DNA of 37,172 nt from an uncultured Methanosarcinales archaeon (GTDB taxonomy: Archaea; Nanobdellota; Nanobdellia; Woesearchaeales; CAYSVS01), in the NCBI GenBank assembly GCA_964589485.1, contig CAZPRK010000009.1:1-37172 (forward strand), read 5' to 3'. This document shows positions 9,561-16,198 of this stretch, one piece after another. The notes below the pieces were generated by a model that worked only from the letters and a program-made list of their open reading frames with translations, was not told the DNA's origin and ran no database searches. Positions within the stretch are counted from its first letter, which is position 1. The number at the start of each line of letters is the position of its first letter. The translations under genes and the position numbers were made by a program.

Positions 9561-11267
9561 TTATTTTATTATTTTTCTACCAATTGAAGTAATTTTTATA
9601 CATTTAACTCTTCCTTTTAATTCAATATTAATTAATCCTAATGCTTGTAACCTTTTAACTTTAGTTCTAGTTGTTGGTTTTGTTATATTAAATTTATTAG
9701 TAATATCTTTAAATGAAATTATTTTATTCATGTTATTATTAATATTAACAAGATTAAGAATTTCAAGTTCCATTTCACTTAAATTTACGTTATTAGATAA
9801 ATGTTTTCCATAAAGGTCTATTGCCTCTGAGTTAATTAATGAAAACTCTTCATCTTTTGTAATTGAAGTATTGATGGATAATATTATGATACAATTATTT
9901 TGTGAAATTAAATCTTTAAGTGAATGAATTGTACTTTTCATGTCATCAAAAGTATTTTGTGTAAAAAGATAGTTTAAATTTTCAATTAAAATTACACTTT
10001 TTTCACTTTTTAGGATAAACTCTTTAATTAATTCAATTAAAGTATTTATATTTGTTTCTGAAGGAGTATCTGTATTATTTTTACTTAACCAAATAAAACT
10101 AGTTTCTTTAAGATTATATTTTTCTTTAACTTTATTTGGATCTTCTCTTATTATTCCTAATCCTGCATATCCTTTATTTAATGCACTTATGAAAATATCA
10201 AAACAATTATTATCATCTTCTTCTTTAATTAAATACATTTTTTGGTTTTCTAATTTGATGTCAGAAGTAGTAAATTTATTTTTTTCTAATCCTATCTTAA
10301 TTCCTAATTTATTAAGCTTCTCTTGTACTTCTTCCTTGGATTTATGGACTTTTACTAATATTATAAATATTGAAATTATGCCTATTAATACAAAGCCTAA
10401 ACTATAGAAATGCCTTTTTTTAAGTTTCTTAATTTCATTTGAATGATTTTTTAACGGAGAAAAGACATATAAAGTCCATTTATCTCCACTTAAAAATAAA
10501 TCTGACGAAGTTTGTATTGTTTGTCCATAATCTAGGAAACTAGAAGTATGTAAATTTTTATTTGATATTTTTGTTTTGATATCATCAAATTCAGGAAAAT
10601 TATTACTTTTTAGTATTGTTTCTTTTGTTTCTGAATTAATTAAAATAAATTTATTATTAGAAGTGTCAAAGAATTTATGAAAATATAAATTTTTTAATAA
10701 ATCTAATTCTATTATACTTAATAAAACTCCTTTAAATTCACCCTTAAAGTTAGGATATGGTGTATATTCTGTTGTTTCATATAATGGAACAGAAACAAAT
10801 ATTTGTTTTTTATCGCCTTGTATTATTACTTCGCTAATAAAAGGTTCATTTGATTCTTTAGGATTAATAAAGTAATTTTTATTTTTTATATTTAGTTGTA
10901 AAAAATTAGAATATTCTTGTGAACTACATTCTGTAATGTCTCCTTTATCATTTACTCTAAGGATTGCTTGACTTTTTGTTTTTGTTTTTTCATGTATTTG
11001 TTTTAAGTTTCCATCACAACCTTTCAAATCTTCGGTTAATGGGAATTTAGTTAAAGTTATTAATCCATTTTTAACTTGAGTTACATGGTTTTCGAATTGT
11101 TTTGCTGCAAATTCGGTTTCAGTTAGTTGGCTTTTTTCAACTTGATCATATATGGTAATTTGTACTTGTGAAAAAGAAAGAATGTTGAAAAATATTATAA
11201 TTGCTATGCTTAAAAGAAAAATTAATGCGTAAATTAAGACTTTATGATTTCCAATTTTATCCTTCAT
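9561..11267 (-). CDS. Membrane-anchored one-component regulator: TM - extracellular Cache domain - TM - DUF835 - winged HTH
   Basis: Two TM helices flank a Cache-like region (KNYF..P..SNEPFISE, IFVSVPL, GEFKGVL, WTLYV). DUF835-like segment (GLGIIREDP, FIWLS, VILIENLNYL, LKDLISQNNCIIILSI). C-terminal wHTH (ITKPTTRTKVKRLQALGLI..KGRVK..ITSIG). Confidence 0.75.
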   Translation of the reverse strand: MKDKIGNHKVLIYALIFLLSIAIIIFFNILSFSQVQITIYDQVEKSQLTETEFAAKQFENHVTQVKNGLITLTKFPLTEDLKGCDGNLKQIHEKTKTKSQAILRVNDKGDITECSSQEYSNFLQLNIKNKNYFINPKESNEPFISEVIIQGDKKQIFVSVPLYETTEYTPYPNFKGEFKGVLLSIIELDLLKNLYFHKFFDTSNNKFILINSETKETILKSNNFPEFDDIKTKISNKNLHTSSFLDYGQTIQTSSDLFLSGDKWTLYVFSPLKNHSNEIKKLKKRHFYSLGFVLIGIISIFIILVKVHKSKEEVQEKLNKLGIKIGLEKNKFTTSDIKLENQKMYLIKEEDDNNCFDIFISALNKGYAGLGIIREDPNKVKEKYNLKETSFIWLSKNNTDTPSETNINTLIELIKEFILKSEKSVILIENLNYLFTQNTFDDMKSTIHSLKDLISQNNCIIILSINTSITKDEEFSLINSEAIDLYGKHLSNNVNLSEMELEILNLVNINNNMNKIISFKDITNKFNITKPTTRTKVKRLQALGLINIELKGRVKCIKITSIGRKIIK

Positions 11268-11288
11268 ATTTTATTTTTATTTGGTGAT

Positions 11289-11338
11289 TTTATAAAATTT
11301 TCCCTATTTTTTCCCTATTTTTTCGATTTATTTAAATA
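11289..11338. promoter_or_regulatory. Divergent promoter pair with tandem 11-bp direct repeats (candidate operator)
   Basis: TTTATAAA (11289-11296, ~22 nt from ATG 11267 minus) and TTTAAATA (11331-11338, plus) bracket TTTCCCTATTT x2 (11299-11309, 11310-11320) and a degenerate third unit. Confidence 0.55.
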
Positions 11339-11385
11339 CTAGGCGGATTTATTTGGTGTATACTCAAAAAACGGGGGAAGTTTAA

Positions 11386-12333
11386 ATGAACGATACAAAT
11401 GATATTGAAAAAAAAGGGGAAAGTCATTCTGGAATTAATAAAGAAGAAAATATTTCTAATGAAGTAATAGAAGAAACTAATAATCATAAAGAATTTGATA
11501 ATAAGGTTGAAATTTCTGAAAAGAAACATGAGCATAAAGAAAATGTAGAAGAAAAACTTACTCATGAAGAAGTTAAAAAGCCTGAAGTTGAAGTTTCTGA
11601 AAAGAAACATGAAGGAAGTAGCTTTAAAACAAAAAATATACATGCGAAACCAACTTATTTAAATAATCAACTTTCAATTATGATGGTGTTAGCAGCTGTG
11701 TTTATTTTATTAAATCAAATGCAAATAAATGCTTTATCTGATTCTTTATCTGGGAATTTAGGTTCTTCAGGTCATAGGCAAAGTGATTTGAGTAATATTG
11801 ATTTATCTCAATTAAAATCAACAGGGCATACTCTTGCTGCAGTTTATCCAATTGAGGATATAAAAAATGCAGAAGATGCAATGGCGATAATGTTTCCTAC
11901 AGGAAAACCTGATTATGGTGATGCTTTAGGTGTAACTTTTGATGATCCAGTAAATTCATTACAAACTTTAAATGACATGTATAGAGGATTAAAAGCTGAA
12001 GTTGAAAAGAAAGATCCTGATGCGTTTGCTAGATTTATTAATTTGGCTTCAAATCCTTATGGAGTTTCTTGTGAATATTGTTGCGGAATAGGACCTATTG
12101 GTTCAGACAAACAAGGAAATTCAAGGTGTGGATGTGCACATAATCCAGGAGTATTATCGGTAGCATTATATTTATCTGCTTATACGGATTATACAGATGG
12201 AGAAATTTTAAGAGAAGCAATGAGATGGAAAACATTATGGTTTCCAAAAAATATGATTGAGCTAGGAGCTAGCTTAGCAGGAGGAGATACTTCTGCATTA
12301 AAAGATTTACCAGGAATGGTAGGGGGGTGCTAG
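11386..12333 (+). CDS. Single-pass membrane protein with CEYCC...CGCAH cluster and C-terminal KDLPGMVGGC tail
   Basis: Acidic/His N-terminus, one TM helix (LSIMMVLAAVFILL), SCEYCCG...RCGCAH, ends in MVGGC-stop. GGGGG SD-like site upstream. Confidence 0.8.
   Translation: MNDTNDIEKKGESHSGINKEENISNEVIEETNNHKEFDNKVEISEKKHEHKENVEEKLTHEEVKKPEVEVSEKKHEGSSFKTKNIHAKPTYLNNQLSIMMVLAAVFILLNQMQINALSDSLSGNLGSSGHRQSDLSNIDLSQLKSTGHTLAAVYPIEDIKNAEDAMAIMFPTGKPDYGDALGVTFDDPVNSLQTLNDMYRGLKAEVEKKDPDAFARFINLASNPYGVSCEYCCGIGPIGSDKQGNSRCGCAHNPGVLSVALYLSAYTDYTDGEILREAMRWKTLWFPKNMIELGASLAGGDTSALKDLPGMVGGC
11506..11612 (+). repeat. 26-bp intragenic direct repeat (VE[I/V]SEKKHE twice)
   Basis: GTTGAAATTTCTGAAAAGAAACATGA (11506-11531) vs GTTGAAGTTTCTGAAAAGAAACATGA (11587-11612), 25/26 identical. 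Confidence 0.85.
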
Positions 12334-12336
12334 AAT

Positions 12337-12486
12337 ATGTATGAAATGTTAAAAACTTTATTTTTAGCAAAAAGGTATTTGTTGTTAGTTAGTATTATTG
12401 TTGTAGGACTTTTTTTAGTTGGGTGTAGCACTCAAGCAGGAAGTCCGCCACCATCTGGACCAATTGGCGGAGGGTGTGGAGGTTGA
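12337..12486 (+). CDS. Small lipoprotein-like peptide (49 aa) ending in GGGCGG; absent from the ORF track
   Basis: MYEMLKTLFLAKRYLLLVSIIVVGLFLVGCSTQAGSPPPSGPIGGGCGG*. Basic n-region, hydrophobic h-region, lipobox LVG|C. Starts 3 nt after the previous stop, and its TGA overlaps the next TTG start. Confidence 0.78.
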   Translation: MYEMLKTLFLAKRYLLLVSIIVVGLFLVGCSTQAGSPPPSGPIGGGCGG

Positions 12487-12866
12487 ATTACTCAAGTCAC
12501 ATTGAAAGAGAGCAAAGATTTGAACAACATAAACTTGAAAAAAAGAAAAAAAATCAAAAAATAATTGGAGTTTGTGTTGGGATTTTTTTGTTAATCTTAT
12601 CTGGGTTTGCTTATGTTAACTTATCACCTGGTAAATATGATGGGTTTGCTAAGTGTCTTACAGAAAAAGGAGTAGTTATGTATGGAGAGGATTGGTGTCC
12701 TTATACAAACGCTCAAAAAGGAATGTTTGGTAAGTCTTTCAAACATATTAACTATGTTGTTAAATCAGATCTTAAATTAAGACCAACTTGGGAAGTAGAT
12801 GGAGAAAGTTACGAAACAGTACAATCATTTCAAAGATTATCGGCTTTAACCGGTTGTAAATATTAG
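12483..12866 (+). CDS. Membrane-anchored thioredoxin-like protein with CxxT (WCPYT) site
   Basis: TM helix, then FAKCLTEKGVVMYGEDWCPYTNAQKGMFG...PTW...LTGC, resembling the VKOR-associated Trx-like domain. TTG 12483 chosen for GGAGG at 12469-12473 and the TTGA overlap. Confidence 0.75.
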   Translation: MNYSSHIEREQRFEQHKLEKKKKNQKIIGVCVGIFLLILSGFAYVNLSPGKYDGFAKCLTEKGVVMYGEDWCPYTNAQKGMFGKSFKHINYVVKSDLKLRPTWEVDGESYETVQSFQRLSALTGCKY

Positions 12867-12878
12867 GAGGAAATTAAA

Positions 12879-13103
12879 ATGGAAAAACCAACAGTTATTG
12901 CACTAGTATTAGGTGTATTAATAGTATTGTCAGCAGTACAAGCATTTCAATTAAATGCATTACAAGATAAATTAGAGGATGAAGATTTAACAGTTAAGTC
13001 TAGTCATTCTTCATCATCTGTAGCATCAAGCGGTGAGAGAAAAGCTCCATCTGCAGTTCCAGCAAGTATTAAAGACTTACCAACAATGGTCGGTGGATGT
13101 TAA
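12879..13103 (+). CDS. Small exported/anchored protein with Ser-rich linker and C-terminal KDLPTMVGGC tail
   Basis: Strong SD (AGGAGG), N-terminal hydrophobic helix, short coiled segment, low-complexity linker, MVGGC-stop. Confidence 0.85.
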   Translation: MEKPTVIALVLGVLIVLSAVQAFQLNALQDKLEDEDLTVKSSHSSSSVASSGERKAPSAVPASIKDLPTMVGGC

Positions 13104-13125
13104 TTTTTTAGTGGAGGTTTTTTAG

Positions 13126-14247
13126 ATGAAACATTATGGGAAAAAAGAATATACTAAATTGTATACTATTATGATTGTAGTTTTGGTTGCATTTACGGCA
13201 ATAAACTTAATTCAAAGTAGTAGTTTACAAGGGAAGTTAGTTGATAAGTTAGCTGAAATGAAGGAATTAAGTAGACCAGCTGAATTGGAATTAACTATCA
13301 TTAATTCAAATTGTAATGATTGTTTTGATATTTCTAGTATCGTAGATCAAGTTAAAAGTGGAAATGTAAATATTACAAATGAACTTAGTTTAAGTGCAGT
13401 AGAAGCTCAAGATTTAATTACTAAATATAACATAGAGAAATTGCCTTCATTAATTGTTAAAGGTGAACTTGAAAAAGTTCAATTAAGTAATTTTGATGAA
13501 AGTGAAGATGTATTATTATTTAGTCAACAACTTCCTCCTTTTGTAAATGTAAAAACAGGGAGTGTAGTAGGAAGAGTTACTGCAATTACAATTAGAGAAG
13601 AATCATGTGAAAAATGTTCAGATGTATCACAAATTTTAGCTGCAATGAAACAATCTCACATTAATATCATTTCTGAAAGAGTTATAGACTCTGATTCAAA
13701 AGAAGCTAGAAGTTTAATTACAAAATATGGAATAAGTAAATTACCAACTCTTGTTTTGTCTAGTGATATTAGAGCTTATAATAATGAAGTAACTCAAGCA
13801 CTTCCAGAGATTGGTGTCTTTGCTAATGATGGATCTTTTGTTACAAGAGAAGCAAATCCACCTTATTATGATTTGGCTACAAATAGTGTAAGAGGTTTAG
13901 TTGATTTAACTATTTTGAAAAGTTCAAGTTGTACTAACTGTTATGATGCAGAATCATTTCATGGTCCGATTATAGCAAGGTTAGGTATAGCATTGTCTGA
14001 TGTTAAAAAAGTAGATGTGAATTCAGCAGAAGGAAAAGAGTTAGTTAGTAAGTATAACGTTGTTGAAATACCAACAATTTTACTTAACGGAGATACTGAC
14101 TCTTATTCTCATTTACCTCAAATATGGGCAAATGTTGGAACTATTGAGCCAGATAAAACTTTTGTTTTTAGAAAAGTAAAAGAAATTACAAGACAAACTT
14201 ACTTTGATCTAAAACAAAATAAAGTTATTGAAGGTGGTCAACAATGA
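13126..14247 (+). CDS. Membrane-anchored protein with three tandem thioredoxin-fold CxxC domains
   Basis: CNDC...ITKYNIEKLPSLIV, CEKC...ITKYGISKLPTLVL and CTNC...VSKYNVVEIPTILL. N-terminal TM helix. GGAGG SD. Confidence 0.8.
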   Translation: MKHYGKKEYTKLYTIMIVVLVAFTAINLIQSSSLQGKLVDKLAEMKELSRPAELELTIINSNCNDCFDISSIVDQVKSGNVNITNELSLSAVEAQDLITKYNIEKLPSLIVKGELEKVQLSNFDESEDVLLFSQQLPPFVNVKTGSVVGRVTAITIREESCEKCSDVSQILAAMKQSHINIISERVIDSDSKEARSLITKYGISKLPTLVLSSDIRAYNNEVTQALPEIGVFANDGSFVTREANPPYYDLATNSVRGLVDLTILKSSSCTNCYDAESFHGPIIARLGIALSDVKKVDVNSAEGKELVSKYNVVEIPTILLNGDTDSYSHLPQIWANVGTIEPDKTFVFRKVKEITRQTYFDLKQNKVIEGGQQ

Positions 14248-14573
14248 AAAGGTTGTTTATCTTTTCTTTTTTTATTTTAATGTTATCAAATTTTGTAACT
14301 GCTCATGGAAGTGAAGGTGGTTACTTTAGTTTAATTGATATAGAACTTTATTTAGTATTTATTTTGGCAATATTTGCAGCGTTTTATGCATTTAAGAAAA
14401 GTAGTTATTTAGGAATTACTGCTTTATCTTTTGGATTAATTTTTTTGTTGAAAATACTTATTGATGTTTTTAGGTTATTTTATGTTCCTGAAGATGCATT
14501 GTTACATATTACACAAATATTTGGAATTATTGCATTGGTTAATTTAATATTGGGAGTAAAAGAATTGAAATGA
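14244..14573 (+). CDS. Small membrane protein (signal peptide ending A|HG plus 3 TM helices)
   Basis: Hydrophobic 109-aa ORF with ATGA overlaps at both ends. Confidence 0.7.
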   Translation: MKRLFIFSFFILMLSNFVTAHGSEGGYFSLIDIELYLVFILAIFAAFYAFKKSSYLGITALSFGLIFLLKILIDVFRLFYVPEDALLHITQIFGIIALVNLILGVKELK

Positions 14574-15166
14574 AAAAACTACTTTTAATTTTATTTGGAA
14601 GTGGAATTTTGTTAAGTTTAATAGCTTTTTTTATTACAAGTTCATCAAATGTTGTTGGTGATAAAGAAATACTTGCAGAAATTGAAAGGGTTAGTAACTT
14701 ACCTTATAAGGTAGTTTCTTATGATAGTGTAACTCCTGCTGATTTGAAAAAATTATCTGAATTAAGTGCTAAAGATGAAATTGCTAAAAGTCTGATTGAT
14801 GAAGCTGTTTGGCTTTCATCAAATGATGAACACGAACATGTTGGTCATTCATTATATTATTTAGGTGAATACGTAAAAAAAGCAGAAGATGTTTTTTGTT
14901 TACCTCATGAATTAGAACATATTCAAATTTATTTAGAACATGATGCAATTGAGTTAGCTGAAAAACAAATTAGGATTGCTACAAAATATCAAAAAGATTG
15001 GTATGCTTCAACTGAAAGGAAATATAATAAATTTCCTCAATATTTTCCTAAGTATAGCGAATTGATATCAGCTACAAATAAAGCTTTAGAAAATTTAAAT
15101 AAAGGAGATTACGGAAAAGAAACAATGGAATTTATTGGTTTTTCCATTTATTATTCGATATGTTGA
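14570..15166 (+). CDS. Exported helical protein with His clusters (HEHVGH, CLPHELEH)
   Basis: N-terminal signal/anchor, His/Glu clusters, C-terminal Cys. Translationally coupled within the operon. Confidence 0.7.
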   Translation: MKKLLLILFGSGILLSLIAFFITSSSNVVGDKEILAEIERVSNLPYKVVSYDSVTPADLKKLSELSAKDEIAKSLIDEAVWLSSNDEHEHVGHSLYYLGEYVKKAEDVFCLPHELEHIQIYLEHDAIELAEKQIRIATKYQKDWYASTERKYNKFPQYFPKYSELISATNKALENLNKGDYGKETMEFIGFSIYYSIC

Positions 15167-16131
15167 AAATGAACAAAACAATTATATTAACATTGTTAGG
15201 AATGCTTTTGATTAGTGTAACTTATGTGGAAGCATCAGAAAATTTACCTATTGGTTTGCAGAAAATTATTGATTATAATAATGAACAAACTGCAGATTTT
15301 GCTTTAAAAATATCTTTTTTAATTGCATTTGTAGCTGGAATGTTGGGAATACTCTCCCCGTGTATTCTTCCATTTCTTCCAGCTTACTTTTCTTTAACAT
15401 TTAAAGAGAAAAAAAATGTGACTAAAATGACATTTATATTCTTTTTAGGATTTTCTTTTACTTTTGTATTTATGGGTGTTGTTGCAGGTTTTATCGGAGA
15501 GCATACATTATCGGTTTTACAAACTGGTTGGTTAGTTAGTATAGCCGGTGTATTTATGGTTTTAATGGGAATTATTGTATTAAAAGGTCAAAAAATGTGT
15601 AATTATGTTAATATAAAAACTTTAAATAAATATGGCGATGATACAATTGGAACTTTTTTATTTGGATTATTTTTTGCTCTTGGATGGACTGCATGCCTTG
15701 GTCCAATTTTAGGAGGGATATTAGGAATAGGAGCTATAATGGGTAATATTTGGAAAAGTGCATTACTTTTATTTTTCTACTCTCTTGGAAATTTAATTCC
15801 ATTATTTATTTTAAGTATTTTTTATGATAAATTTAAATTATCTGAAACAAAATTAATTAAAGGAAAAATGTTAAGTTTTAATTTTTTAGAAGATACTTAT
15901 CATATACATAGTACTAATTTAATATCTGGATTATTGTTTATTATATTAGGAATAACTGTTGTAATTTTTAATGGAACAAGAGTTTTTAATACGTGGGATT
16001 TTTTAGGAACTAAAGATTACTTTTACTCAATACAAGATGTTTTGATTAATTCGGGTTATGCAAATTATATAGGAATAGCAGCTTTTATTTTATTAGGTAT
16101 ATTATTTTATTGGTACAAATCACGATCGTAG
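15160..16131 (+). CDS. ccdA: CcdA/DsbD-beta family transmembrane thiol-disulfide transporter
   Basis: AGMLGILSPCILPFLPAY and LGWTACLGPILGGIL catalytic Cys motifs, YSLG..IP, multiple TM helices. Confidence 0.9.
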   Translation: MLKMNKTIILTLLGMLLISVTYVEASENLPIGLQKIIDYNNEQTADFALKISFLIAFVAGMLGILSPCILPFLPAYFSLTFKEKKNVTKMTFIFFLGFSFTFVFMGVVAGFIGEHTLSVLQTGWLVSIAGVFMVLMGIIVLKGQKMCNYVNIKTLNKYGDDTIGTFLFGLFFALGWTACLGPILGGILGIGAIMGNIWKSALLLFFYSLGNLIPLFILSIFYDKFKLSETKLIKGKMLSFNFLEDTYHIHSTNLISGLLFIILGITVVIFNGTRVFNTWDFLGTKDYFYSIQDVLINSGYANYIGIAAFILLGILFYWYKSRS

Positions 16132-16186
16132 CTGGCAATTTGAAAAATATACGTCCCCGTTGTATATTATCAAATTGTCAGTCTAC
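16128..16186 (+). other. Long imperfect inverted repeat (stem-loop) filling the ccdA / DUF255-ccdA intergenic gap
   Basis: GTAG-CTGGCAATTTGAAAAATATAC, loop GTCCCCGTT, GTATATTATCAAATTGTCAGTCTAC. About 22 pairable positions with small bulges. Confidence 0.65.
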
Positions 16187-16198
16187 TATATTTTAAAA

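Noticed and set aside
12484..12486. TGA after GGGCGG read as selenocysteine (selU is nearby)
   Set aside because: Read-through gives only a short Lys-rich peptide overlapping the next gene in another frame. The TGA forms a normal TTGA stop/start overlap.
16128..16186. Hairpin as an archaeal SECIS element
   Set aside because: It lacks the G-C pairs that follow the GAA/A motif, and no convincing in-frame TGA selenoprotein is seen in the operon.
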